Shown one piece after another: positions 39,684 through 53,815 of a stretch of 64,000 bases of DNA. Position numbers and translations under genes: made by a program. Location of the stretch: contig OX597815.1 in the NCBI GenBank assembly GCA_951406725.2, positions 97,650,001 through 97,714,000 of the forward strand, given 5' to 3'. The notes beneath the pieces were generated by a model. It was not told where the DNA came from. It was given only the letters and a program-made list of their open reading frames with translations, and made no database searches. Each line of letters begins with the position of its first letter. The stretch's first letter is position 1. This DNA is from Octopus vulgaris. Lineage: Eukaryota.

Positions 39684-42013
39684 GCGTGTGTGTACATATA
39701 TATGTATGTATATACATATATACTCTCTCTCACACACACACACACACACATATACATGTATGTATGTATGTATGTATGTATGTATGTATGTATGTATGTA
39801 TGTATGTATATGTGTGTGTGTGTATTTTACTATTATTGCAATTTCATAGAATCAATTTAATAAATTTGTATGCATGTATTTATGTATTTATATATAAGTT
39901 ACGTGCAGTAACAGAAGCTGTATTAGATTAAATTCTCCGCATTGTACTTCATGAAAACACAACACAGAAATACAAACTAATAGTTGTATTGGTGCAGCGA
40001 TGTGTTTTATGAACGTAATGTGTTAGATAACACAAAAATATATTAGTAGTAGACGAAAATCGTCCAGCAGTCGCGTTGGGTATCTGGATGTGCGTTGTGC
40101 TACTTATGGGGTCATCAGCATCATAAATGCGCTAGCAACTACATACAGATTCAATTTCCGACGCCACTTGTTTAGGAAAGCAGTAATTGAAAAGTCGCTG
40201 ATGTTTCAATATATATATATATATATTATTGATACATTTACATTTTGCTCTCTGTATAGTCATGTTTGTGTGTTTTATATAGATAGTAAATAAGAGAGAT
40301 TAAGAATAATAGCTATCGAAGGCATTGATATTTTGTATACATCGTTTATTAAGCATATACTTCAACTACATGCAAACAATACAGTTATTTCAAACGGAAG
40401 TAAGCAATATATGAAAAACAAACTAGTACTTTTTTATGTTACATATAATTTACATCACATTATTGGAAATTCATGCAATCAATTCAATAAATTTGTCTTT
40501 TTCTTCTTTCTATTAAATCGTGTTTGATTCGATTAATCAAAATAATTTTGTATTTGTGCTATGTTTTCTGTTCTCCTTTAAAGAAATAAGATAAGGAGAA
40601 TCTTAAATCGATTTCATTGAAATTATTCTCTTTCATTTTATCAATTATTGCAACCATTATTAATACAGCTATTAGAATCGAAATTCAACAGTAGTCTTCC
40701 ACAGTACTTCAAAAACATCTTTTGATACTACACTGCATATTTTTCCTTTTCAAACGTTTCATGATACAACATTTTTCAACGAAATAAAATAAAATTGCAG
40801 AAATGTCTGACAACCGACGAATGAAAATTTGTTCGAAAGCAATTTTAGTAATTTATTTCTAATTTTATGATACAATAAACAACTTTGAGATTGTTTTTGT
40901 TTTGCGTGACTATTATACCCACTGAGACCTATATCCTCAATTGAAGACCAATATTTCGGACTTTTTAAATATAATTTGAAATTTATTATGATTCTTACTC
41001 ATACATATAACAATATTTACTACACAGTATTCATTGATACTTAATTCAATTTTCTTTTTAAATCCACATCACACAGAATTTTGCAATAAATATTATCTTG
41101 CATCAGCAGTTTTTTTTTTTCAGTTTTTTTGTGATTTGTTTATACTTAGTAATATTTTGAAATATAAAGTAAATAGTGGTTGTCTTTTAGTATCGCCTAA
41201 ACAGCTACATATAATGTTGCGCATTGTAAGTTTCAATAAGTGATTAGTACATTAGAGGAGTCTTTACTATTGGTATGACCATAATATGTAACCTGAGGAT
41301 AAATACTTGAAGCCAGAGGCTAATTTTCAATATATTTACACGTTGAATATGTTGTAAGTTAGTTTAACTAATGACTATCTTGAAATTCTAAATAAATTGA
41401 ATTGGTGGGTGTAAGTAACGATGCTTGACTTATTGATTCTGAATTGATATATTTTATCACCGATCAGCAACACATCATTTAGCAGCAAGAAGCAAAGTTA
41501 TGCCGACTTTAATTTACTTGTATATTATGAGGTTCTACGATTTCATAAACTGATATGTATTATATTACCAATCAGACAGATCATTTAAGTGGTACCTAGA
41601 TTTAATTTTAAATTCTTGTTTAGCCTGGAGAAATATGGTATGTGCGAAGCGTTCGATATTTGCAGAAATATCTCATTAGTGTTATCACCCAAAGCATTGC
41701 CAACATGAGCAAAAAGAATAAAATGGAATATAGTGCTAACGATTATCATTATAATTGTATCTATAATATTCATCAAAATTTCGTTATTAGTTACCGAACA
41801 AACCAAAAATTACTGTAAATCTTCAATCCAAGAATTGCATAAGTAACCGTTTATATTTAAGTATTCCGATGTACAAAATATAGAAATAAAATCTATTGAA
41901 ACATTATGATGATTTATTTAGCAATATAAATAAAAAGACACATGAATATATACAAACATATACACTGATGGACACACTCACACACACAAACACACACATA
42001 CATACACACACAG

Positions 42014-42066
<53 letters not shown>

Positions 42067-42505
42067 CTTCCATACATACTTTGTGAGCTTCTGGGAACGT
42101 GCTCGTGTTCTTCCAATATTTGCTTTCATTTCAGCGGACAGATGTACACTTGCAAGATATTTTGTAAGTGCTGGTTCGTTGTATTATACAGTGCCGTTGT
42201 GGTTTGTGTATTGTGGCTCTTAGCTAAAATATTTGTTTGTTCTGCATTTTCTCTTGTCCTTCTTGTAAAGTTCTAATCAATAGCCAGCGGGTGTAGGAGT
42301 AATACTAAAGTTTGTGACTATAGGCACTTTTATGTGCGTTTGTAGTTGGGATTATGATAAATTTCTTTTGCATCGGCATGCAGAGTCCGTTAGAGTGTAT
42401 TATGGTGTCATATACGAATATATATATATAAGTATGTGTGTATGTATGTGTGTATGTATATATACATGTAGATACATACATACATTGCTAGCACTGTGTG
42501 CATGT

Positions 42506-42540
<35 letters not shown>

Positions 42541-42822
42541 TAGATTTATATACACGCGCGGGCACGCACATTTATACATATATACAAATACGTTTAGGTA
42601 TATGTTGATAAGTGGGTGGTGAGAGTGTGCGTGTATGTATGCAGAGCTGCAGAGGTACGTATGTGTTCGTAAGCATTTAATATATTTGGCAGAGTTTATT
42701 TATACGTTATAAATTTTTCGCTTGCATGGTTTCGCTCAGAAACTCTCTGTCACCTGAACGAATGCATATCAGCGAGAAACGCGGACAAGCAGCAAAAGCA
42801 AGTCATCATCTTCAAACGAATA

Positions 42823-42861
<39 letters not shown>

Positions 42862-43145
42862 TTGTACACTCTTTCTTACGTATGTTTACGTATAGATATG
42901 TAAGTCTCAGTTTATAAATCCAATAGGCTAACTTTCCAGAGTTTTGTGCATTTTTACATTTGGTTATATCTCATTGTGCATTCGTATGCCCATATATATA
43001 TATAAATATATATATATATATGTGTGTGTGTGTGTATGTGTGTGTTTTGTGTGTGTGTGTGTGTGTGTACGTCTGTGTGTATATATATATGTATGTATAT
43101 ATATATATATATGTGTGTATATATATATGTGTATATATATATATA

Positions 43146-43237
<92 letters not shown>

Positions 43238-44652
43238 CGTATGTGAATATGTGTGCTTGTGTGTGTGTCATTTCTGTGCGTGCATATTTGTACACATGAA
43301 GTTTTAGAAATGAATAAAAGGTTGCATTGCTACACCCCGACCCTGCAGTAAATAAATAAAGTGAATGCTTTATCGTCAAAATAATAACTGCAATGCTGTG
43401 ACATTTCGAATTTTTTTTAACGTATGAAATATAAATAGTCTCTGCCAAGTTAAATTTTGGTAAACTCTGATTTGCCATTTAGTTGCAAATACAAATATTT
43501 TATATGAACCTGTGTGTTATATACATCTCTGTGTATGTGAGTGTGTGTGTGTGTATCATATGTGATTATGTAGCTTGGCATATCTTTTTGTTTCTAAAGT
43601 TATTATGTATACTTCCACAAGTAAATGTGTCTGTGTTTGCGTTATATGTGGCTATGTAACTTGGCATATATTTTTGTTTGTAAGTTTTTTATGTACATTT
43701 GAACAAGTGAATGTGTGTGTGTGTGTGAGAGAAACAGAGAGAGAGAGAGAGAGTGAGAGAGAGAGACAGAGAGAGAAAGAGAGAGACAGACAGATAGACA
43801 AAGAATACTACACTTCCTTTCCTATCTGTTTCGTCATTCAGATAATTCGCAGTATATTAACCATTTCAAAATCGTATTATTGTTAGTTTCGAATTCTACA
43901 TGTTGTTAATATATGCAATTCCTGTTCTACGTGAATGTGCAATATCATCTTAGCATTTAGTTCCATATTTAGCCATCACGTAATTGATGATACTAATACA
44001 AATTTTTCGGATTAAATTGGACAGTTTGCAGAACAAGAAGAAAACACAATTCTTTACCCTAAACTACACACAATCGCTCTCTCTCTCTTTCTCTTTCTCT
44101 CTCTCCCTTTCTCTCTCTCTCTCTCTCTATCTATCTTTCATTCTCTCTCTTGCTCTCACATACATTGGCACGATAGTACATTTTATCAAGCAACAAACAT
44201 GGATTCAAAACAAAATATCTCATCAAAAATACGCTATTTCAACAAATCAAAAACTATCAACTAGATAATGGCCGGGAGATAACAGTTTATTCAAAGTAAC
44301 CGCCCTCACATTCTCCAGAAACCTCAATACGGCTCCATACCAGCTGACTTTTTCTCAACTTCAATTTTCTACAACTTCACTTTATATGTTCTCCAACGCT
44401 GTTGACTGTTCACCAATACATCAAGTGGATTCTGAGAAAAGGAGACATAAAAAATCGTCAAATTTAGCCCGAACACCCTGTATAAGCCTAAAAGATAATG
44501 TGATAACAAGAGAATAATTTATTGTATAAGGGCTTCTATTGATCGAGCTTTATCGAGTTATTTTTATAGATGGAGTAGACAGCCGTTAAGACGGAGAGGG
44601 TTGGATTACAGGATTTTATTGCTTTCTGATTGGTGCTAAGCAGTATATATTA

Positions 44653-44850
44653 TATTGGGTTGTCAGATGAATTCGTTCCTTTCCTTCCACTTATTTTAAT
44701 TTGATTTTTTATCAGCAATTTTAACAAATCAGTCAATAATATATCCTCCTTCATTGTTCACGACTTCTTGCCAACGTTCCACTAGATTGTCAATGCCTTG
44801 AAGGTAGAAATCACCGGGTCTTGACTCGAAGATTTCATCAATACATGGTG
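44653..44850 (-). mobile_element. Mariner 3' end fragment
   Basis: IFESRPGDFYLQGIDNLVERWQEVVNNEGGYIID* followed by a terminal tattgggttgtc... TIR-like sequence next to TA. Confidence 0.8.
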
Positions 44851-45312
44851 TGTGGGGGTTTCTGTATGTTTGTGTGGAAAAAGAGACTAATTCGTTCACC
44901 GAGTATTTATGTGTACACACGAACATGACTGTGTGTGTATGCATTCATATACATATATATATATACATTTATACAGATATATGCATATGCCAGTCCCGTA
45001 CCTTTCACATACACTCAAATACTAACTTGGCGCTGCTTCACCATGGTTACATTCAAGCGGCTGTAACCATTATAAGGCTCCTTCTGCGTGGTCATTTGAT
45101 GAATATGAACTCAAAAACAAATCTCTCTTGCATCGTTAGTGACCATCCTCAAAATTAGAAGGGCATTTCTTCGAGTTTTGATGGGAGTAAACGCAAGCAG
45201 CAGCAAGAAGCAGCAAGAAGCATATAGAAATAACATATTGTAGACTTAATAAGCTTTTCTATTTGCTTTTCTTCTCGATGCTCTTTTCCTACCGTTTTGT
45301 ATTCTATTTCAG

Positions 45313-45530
45313 GCTGCGAATTCTCTCCGAGAGCTATTTCTACAAGACTAGTCAGTGGTACGTGGTGGTTTTTCACACTGATCATGATATCGTCCTACAC
45401 TGCCAATCTGGCCGCTTTTCTCACTGTGGAGCGGATGACTTCACCCATTGAGCGAGCAGATGACCTAGCTAAACAAAGTGATATAAAATACGGCACTTTA
45501 TATGGTGGATCAACAATGACTTTTTTCAAG
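45313..45530 (+). CDS. Kainate-like iGluR internal exon: M2-M3 linker, M3 gate and start of the S2 ligand-binding lobe
   Basis: Acceptor attctatttcAG and donor AAG|gtaagt. The first 2 nt complete GGC (Gly) with the phase-1 G of the previous exon. Translation [72 protein letters not shown] includes the invariant SYTANLAAF and the kainate-type GSTMTFFK. Confidence 0.97.
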
Positions 45531-45653
45531 GTAAGTTCACTGAGCTTTTATATTGTTAGGACTTTTATGTCGCTATAAAAATGTAGATTTATTTCGAATG
45601 TCTCTGGAATAAAAAGACACGCACACCCTCACTCTCCTTCTTTTCTTTGCTCA

Positions 45654-45703
<50 letters not shown>

Positions 45704-46434
45704 ATCTCTCCCTTTCTCTGTCTCTTTCCTACTTTCTGTTCAATTCTAACACACTTGAATAATACAATACATGGTATTCTGCTTAATGTTTATGTCATGC
45801 AAATATGCTGTAGATATATTCAGTCATGAATCAAAATAGATTTATGATTTTTAATAACATTTCTTTTGGAATAACAAGCATTGTCATTTTATAAAGCGGA
45901 CTTCCAATGTTACAAAATTGCATTCAAACGCTAATATATCAACTTGTCTCTAGTTCAACACCCTAGCAAATCAGGAAACGATGTGTTCTTTGGCTTAAAA
46001 TTTTATCTTTCAAATGCTTATTTATGTATGCTTGAATTATATTGTAATGTCCACATACTATTGGCATAATTATTCTGCGTTATGTTGTGTTCAATATGAT
46101 TTAATAAAATATTCACAGAATATGAAGTTAAATTACATTTATTATAGTCAGAATTTGCAATTTCTCTGCCAGTATATAAACAACTAGAAAGAATTCAATG
46201 TTTGAAGATATACGCTGCAAACGAAATGATAAGTAGAGGTGAAACTAAAATCTGTAGTTAGCTAGTTACACATGTAAAAACTGCTACGTATGGGTACGGA
46301 TTTGAATTCATTGATGAATATATATATATAGATCAATAAATGGTGAGGTTGTGTTAACCGCACGTGGAGAAATGATAAGCAAGGACAAATTGTACTTTCA
46401 ATTTAGCATTCTGCCTTTTTACAATTTTTCCTTG

Positions 46435-46545
<111 letters not shown>

Positions 46546-46664
46546 ATATACATACATACATACATAAATACATACATACATAAATACATACATACATACA
46601 TACATACATACATACATACATACATACATAAATACGTACATACATACATACATACAATATCTAC

Positions 46665-48790
46665 TTCGTTAACAAGGTTACCATTGATTTCATGCCCAAC
46701 AATTCTTAACAATTATCAGCCCCGTTATATTGGGACGTTGCTACTCGTCTCCATCTTGCATGAGAATGCAGCGAAGCTACACGAGGCTGTATGGGATTGA
46801 GGAATAAACAAGTAAATGTACACATTACGGGAAACAACACCCGATATCTCTCTTCCATTAGTTCTGGTCGCATTCATATTTATAATATAGATATGAATAC
46901 ACATTCATATGCAAATGTACATTCGTGCAGAATATCCATGCAGAATATGTACGCACACACTTACACACACATACAAGCACACACACACACACATACAAGC
47001 ACACACACACACACACACATACACGCACACACACACACACATATATATATATGCATTTAGTTCGTGTCAGTTTGTCCCCACATTATTGTGGAGATTCGCA
47101 TGATTTTTACGCCAAATTTGGTCCATGGATTTGTATATTCATTCGTTTGTGTCTTGATGGGTTTGTGCATATCTTGTGATGTGATGAATGTGTTTAATTC
47201 ACACATAGGTGTATAATAATGGATTTCATCTTAAGGTTAGGGGGATATGTGTCTTTTATGCGTAATATTTATATGATGCATAAACTTGATGTTCAGAGAG
47301 AAACTTATCCAGGTTGGGGATGCTGGAAAATTTGGTGAAGGGTCATCCTTGAACTTTCGATGTGTGACTTCTTCCTTATGCATGCAGTGGAAGAAAGTTT
47401 CACCCATAATATTTAAATCGTTCACTGTTCATGTTATGATGTTTAAGTTTTCGCTGATGCAAATCCCGCATTTTGCTGCACTTTATATTTGCCGGCCGTA
47501 GCTGTAATACGCCAGTATATCTTGAAGTTATTCATGACCATCTCTTTTAAATGCCCATATCATGCTAGATAACATAGTGTGTGTATTTTGTTGTTTTCAA
47601 TGAAAGAAGCCGAATACTGCTAATATCCATCTTTGAAGATGCTTCCCGCCATTTCTATATCGGGTTTTGTTATTCTCTTCAAATGCATAATGTTGGCCTT
47701 ACACGTGAGTTGTTTCTTCAAGGAACAGCTATCCGGGGACCTAAAATTACAGGTCTTTTACGGGATATTATTTTTAACGTGACTGAATATAATTGACACT
47801 ATATGGGGATAAAATTGTAAATAACTTTAACCATATGTCTGCCGAAGACATTGTGGTATTTATGCGGGGGAGGAAAGAGGTTATCTTTGAGTTTTAGGCC
47901 ATGCTAGTGGCTGTGTTCATACTATACGAGGGATTCTACTATAAGAGTTTCCTCTGCCTGTGCGTCTTCTTAGTCCATCTACGTTTGATTCAGTATAATT
48001 TATACTACTCTTATAGTCAAATCTTTCTAATGCAGCATTGTAGTTTATGCAGCCTTTTTGAGGGTAGATTTATCAGCACACATAATGGAAACGCGCCTGC
48101 TATATACAGCGGCGAGACTTTTGAGTGCTTTATAACAAAAATGGACACGATATCGATAAGATAAGAAGAAAATTGTGCAAAATATTTATCCAACTAAACC
48201 TAAGAACTAAAATTAATACTAACTTTAAAGAAGATAATTTTCTAGACATGAACATGAGCCTCAATACAGGAAAATTTTTACCGTGCCACAAAACAAATAA
48301 AGAGAACTCATATATTGCCAAAGAACCTAACCACCAATCGGAAAACAATTCGTTAATGACATTAACAATTCCATTAATTAACAACTCTATCGAAGACGTT
48401 TTAGGTCAAAATATGTGAAATGTATGTGACGCACAGTAATTATGTGCACATAGGTGCAAATGGGAACAGTTATGCGCACCCTCAAACGCAAACAAAATGC
48501 ATGACGCAGGTATGTGTGTGTGTGTGTGTGTGTGTGTGCCAGAGTGTGGGGGCCAGTGTGTACACATTCTACATGGATATTCTGCATGGATGTACATGAG
48601 CTTATACATAGGTATTCATATTTATGATTATAAATTTGAACGTGATCAGAAATGATGCAGAGAAAACAATTAGGAGTTGTTTCCCTTGATCTGTATAATC
48701 AGTTATTTTATCCAAACTTCTCCACGCCTCGTCGGAGGCTGGATAATTGCTGATATTGCTCGACATGAAACTAATACTAGCCTTGTTAAT
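46665..48790. mobile_element. Decayed Penelope-like element(s) in inverted arrangement
   Basis: Minus strand about 47830-47250 carries a GIY-YIG remnant (CNFRSPDSCSL..KANI...FKDGY*QYSASF...LSSMIWAFK...CGICISE). Plus strand about 48125-48400 carries an RT C-terminus (DKIRRKLCKIF...NFLDMNMSLNTGKFLPCHKTN...YIAKEPNH). Outer segments about 46665-47100 and 48400-48790 are diverged inverted copies. Confidence 0.75.
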
Positions 48791-48880
48791 TTTAAAATAA
48801 AGAATATTTATTCAATAAAGCGGTGTTGAGCACACATTCCCACATTCTCATATTAGCGTGCATACGTTTGTGTGTATGTG

Positions 48881-48927
<47 letters not shown>

Positions 48928-48961
48928 GATGGGTGTATATATATATATGTATATATATATG

Positions 48962-48994
<33 letters not shown>

Positions 48995-49044
48995 GTATAT
49001 ATATATATACATATATATATATATAGGTATATATATGGGGGTGT

Positions 49045-49250
49045 ATATTTGTGTGTCTGTGTATGTCCTCCACCATCGCTTGACAACCGATGCTGGAGGG
49101 TTTACGTTCCCGTAACTTAACGGTTCGACAAGAGACAACGATAGAATAATTACCAGGCATACAAAGAATAAGTCCTGGGGAGTTGATTTGTTCGATTGAA
49201 AACGGTGGTCCAGCATGAATGCAGTCAAATGACTAAAACACATAAAAGAA
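49045..49250 (+). mobile_element. SINE family A, 3' half
   Basis: catcgcttgacaaccgatgctgg...cccgtaacttaacggttcg...ccagcatgaatgcagtcaaatgact. Confidence 0.8.
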
Positions 49251-49268
49251 AAATATATGAATATATAT

Positions 49269-49380
<112 letters not shown>

Positions 49381-49386
49381 TAGATA

Positions 49387-49486
49387 TATAAATTATACAA
49401 TTTTATATGGAGATTGTTAACTTATGTGTATATATATATATATATATATAAGTTAACAATCTCCATATAAAATTGTATAATTTATA
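49387..49486. repeat. Perfect 39-bp inverted repeat around a (TA)n spacer
   Basis: tataaattatacaattttatatggagattgttaacttat / ataagttaacaatctccatataaaattgtataatttata. Confidence 0.93.
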
Positions 49487-49508
49487 AATCTATATCTATG
49501 TGTGTGTG

Positions 49509-49550
<42 letters not shown>

Positions 49551-49742
49551 TGTATATATATATATATATGTATGTATATATACATATATATATGTGTATG
49601 TATATATATATGTATATATCTGTCTGTGTATATATATATATATATGTGTGTGTGTGTATATATGTGTATATATACATATGTATATGTATATATGTATACG
49701 TATATATATATATATACATATGAATATATGTGTGTGTATATG

Positions 49743-49794
<52 letters not shown>

Positions 49795-50063
49795 CAAAAA
49801 TAAATGTACGTGTATGTATCTATGTATGCATATCATTGCGATCCAATGACGTAAATTGTCAGTAAGTGGATAATAGTCTTAGGATTAAAATCTTTGATAT
49901 CAAATAACTTATTTTATTAATACACAAATAAAATGAAAGCTATTCTATTTATATATAGCAAAGTATGTGTATTTTAATTTCTACAATGATAAAATCAATT
50001 CTGTCCGAATCACTCACAATCGTACACGAAACCGCTTGGAAAAAATAATACTCCACAACATTT

Positions 50064-50110
<47 letters not shown>

Positions 50111-50734
50111 CAGCCAATTCAGAAATATTGATTTCAGTTTCTTCTTTCTTTTTTTCAATCGTCAGAAATAGATATGAAATAAGTTATGAAATACTGTATT
50201 CTATAAAAAATAATAAGTTAAAGTTTTAGTGGGTTTGTAAGAATGTAATAAATTGAAAGCCGTGCTAGCTTGAAGAGAAGTAAAAGTCTGCAGAAGACAT
50301 TGTAGAAAGAAATTCGGGTGTGTGACATTATATATGAAGGAGAGTGAGATAATCAAATGAGCGACATGTGAAGGGCTTACAACATTCAATTGTAAAATAA
50401 TAAATATGCAAATGGTTTGTCAGTTTAAATATTTTAAGCCCAATGAATGGGTAGAACACATGTAGTTGCATGTGTATTCCACTTAATAACACAAGCATCC
50501 TGAGCTACTCTTCACTTGCAATTTACAAAATATAAGATGCATTCAGATATCTGAATCATTCTTGAGATACAGTGCGACACAGGGTGACTTGTACCGCTCG
50601 TGATAGTACCGTTGAAATAGTAATAAGATGTAAGTAAGATATTGTTTTGTTTAATATCATTACAATTTAATATTTTTATAGGCGTAGTTAAAACTACGCC
50701 TATAAAAATTTGCATTCAAATTCCTTGGCTCAGT

Positions 50735-51025
50735 TCTCTCCTACTCCAGCTCTGAGCTCTCCAAAAATTTATGAGTGGATTTGGTAGATAGAAATTGAAA
50801 GAAGCCCGCCATATATATATGTATATGTCTGTCAATCTGATTGTCCCCCACCACTGCTTAACAATCAGTGTTGGTTTATTTACGTTCTCGTAAGTTTGCA
50901 TTTCGCCATAAGAGACCGATACAATAAATATCAGGCTTAAAAAGTAATTACAGAGGTCGATATTTTTGGTTAAAACCCTTAAAGGCGGTGCCCCAGCATG
51001 GCCACAACCCAATGACTGCAACAAA
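50735..51025 (+). mobile_element. SINE family A, 5'-truncated and diverged
   Basis: gagtggatttggtagatagaaattgaaagaagcccg...ggcggtgccccagcatggccac. Confidence 0.8.
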
Positions 51026-51492
51026 TAAATTATATATTTTATATTTTTATCTTTTATATCATACTAACTCTTTTGAACAAGTCAACAATCCGGTTTCTTT
51101 ACAGTATTTTCAAATGGGATTATTTCCTGTTAACTCAAGTGTAAAGAATTATAATGTTCAATGATTTTTGTTTTCCGTAAACACTCTTTTCCCAAATAAT
51201 AATCATAAAAGAACTTTCAAACGATCATATAAAATTGTAAACACAGACTTAAAGAAATTTAATCAGTTATGTATCTCTTCGGGTAGGGTTTCTCAATTAT
51301 TATATCAGACGTTGTTTTTTTTTTTTACAGCCTCATAGTGTATATATACAATACAAAAGACTAACATTATTTCACAACAAAATAGGTTAAATATAAACAT
51401 CCTCTCTAACAATGTAGCCTTTCTACAACTGATGATAATAATTTTGAAGGTCGGTCAACACATTTCCACCTTATTTTATACATCTCAAAATA

Positions 51493-51934
51493 CAGGGTGC
51501 CAGAGAATTGGCTATCTATATATATATCAGTAAAATTGGAGAATTTGTAAGTTTAGTTTTATTGCTGTTGGATTCCGCTAATCTGTCCACGAGAGATGTG
51601 TGTTTTTTGGGGGTCTTTTGGTGGGTGTTTGTTTTGTGTTGTTTTGCTTTCATTGGCTGAAAACATTTTCTCTACTCCATCTCCCGGATGGAATTGAACT
51701 TGAAGAAGGCTTTCAGTTAGCAGTTGCTGGAGATAACTCCTGGAATGCTTCAAAAAGTGTTTCGCAGCGCTGAGTATAGATTTTAAATTTTTAAGGGCAC
51801 ATGTCGAAAATTATCAATAAAGTCTTGATGTAATGTTCATAAATCTATTTGTTTTACATAAAATTCGGCTAGTTGTTTGTTTTTTAAATTTACCTGATTC
51901 CACTGAAATAGACACTTAATTCTGGGACACTCTG
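51493..51934. mobile_element. Probable non-autonomous Tc1/mariner-type element
   Basis: Imperfect TIRs TA|cagggtgccagagaatt ... aattctgggacactctg|TA with TA flanks. Confidence 0.5.
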
Positions 51935-52135
51935 TAACTGCGATTTAATTGTTGTAATGACTTAATCATGATAGACAATACCGATAGTTTTGTCTTCAAA
52001 TTGTGATTTAACATGGATTTCTTATATACAATGTAAAATAACTGCCATTCGACTGAGGGGAGGCTGGGGCACTATCTTCAAGGGTTGAGTCAAACACTTT
52101 AACCCAAGTATATTTTTTACAGATGTCTCATACTT

Positions 52136-52190
<55 letters not shown>

Positions 52191-52405
52191 TTATATATAT
52201 ATCGATTTCGGTACTAGCAAGGGGAAGTGGCTGACCTCCCGTGTCCGAAGATTATACTGGACACGGGTTCGTGTGTCACATAGTTAGCTAGAGGCGATAA
52301 CTATTAATATCCAGTACCGATGCCGTAGTCTTCTCCTTTAGAGAGACTTAGAAATATAAATATTTCTATTTTATATATATATATCTGTGTATGAATGTAT
52401 GTATG

Positions 52406-52459
<54 letters not shown>

Positions 52460-52460
<1 letters not shown>

Positions 52461-52838
52461 TCTTTTACTCGTTTACTCATTCACACATTTGACTGCGGTT
52501 ATGCTGGATCACCGCCTTTAGTCGAAGAAAACTACCCCGAGACTTAATCTTTGTAAGCTTATTACTTATTCTATTGGACACTTTTGCCGAACCGCTAAGT
52601 TACGGGGACGTTAACACACCAGCATCAGTTTTCAAGCGATAGTGGGGGAACAAATACAGACACACACACATACATACGTATAAATACATATATATACAAC
52701 GGGCTTCTTTCAGTTTCCGTCTACCAAATCCACTCAAAAGGCTTTGCTCGGCCTGAGGCTGTAGTAGAAGGCACTTGACCAAGAGGTCACGGAAACCATG
52801 TGATAATGAAACAAGCTTCTTGCCACACAACCACTCCA
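52460..52838 (-). mobile_element. SINE family A
   Basis: Reverse complement of the family A body (tttcagtttccgtctaccaaatccactc; gccgaaccgctaagttacggggacg). Confidence 0.85.
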
Positions 52839-53167
52839 ACTTTAATTGTAAAAATCGACACTGCTTAACAAAACAATCGCAGTGCAAGCACATGAAAGTT
52901 TGTTTACAAAAACAACTATGAACTAATTATAGTTTTTAAATCTCAGTGAAAAAAAAAGCAGGTTGATGTGTTGGTGAAATCGGTAGCACACCTTGGATGC
53001 GTGAACAAAGAGTCCCACGCGTACGTGAAAACCATTTTTTTTTCTGTCGAGGGCTTATATGCCCCATTATTAGAGTCATTGCGCGGTGATCGCTATAATC
53101 TTTAAGCTTATAAAGCTTATTATTTACAGTAATGTAAAAATCGACACTGCTTAACGAAACCATCGCA

Positions 53168-53206
<39 letters not shown>

Positions 53207-53589
53207 GCTTGATAAGTGCTAACGCACGCAACACGAAGGCCTTGAGTTACTCCGTTTCTGCTGCTAGATATTTATATGTGAGTGTGTACTTGTCTGTCTC
53301 TTTGTGTGTGCGTGTGTGTGTGTGTTCGAGTGCGTGTGTTTGACAACATACAGTTGAGTAAAATAAGCCGTCAAAACAATCATATTTTTTCTGCAATATC
53401 TTTTCAAACTTCTTTATTACAGGGAATAATATAACCAACTGGATATTGCATATTTCATAATTATATTACAACACCTGAATGTGACACATTAGATTTACTG
53501 AAAATTGCTATGTAATTGAGCTGTTTGTTACCATGTTATATGTATGCTTCTCATTTCTGTCGTTTATATTCATGTATTTTTCTTTGCAG

Positions 53590-53815
53590 ACCTCTAAAAT
53601 TCCAATATTTCAAAGAATGTGGCACGTAATGGATTCTACAGATCCAAGCGTGTTTGTTAATTCCTCTCAAGAGGGTATTGACCGTGTTCTAAAGGGTAAC
53701 TACGCCTACCTGGGTGAGTCGGCAATTATCGACTACAACGTGCAAAGAAACTGTGAACTTATGCAGGTGGGTGGGCGTCTAGACTCTAAGGGATACGGGA
53801 TCGCAACCCCTAGAG
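53590..53815 (+). CDS. Kainate-like iGluR internal exon: S2 ligand-binding lobe
   Basis: Acceptor tttttctttgcAG, phase 0 matching the previous exon; donor G|gtatgt. Translation [76 protein letters not shown]. Confidence 0.96.
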
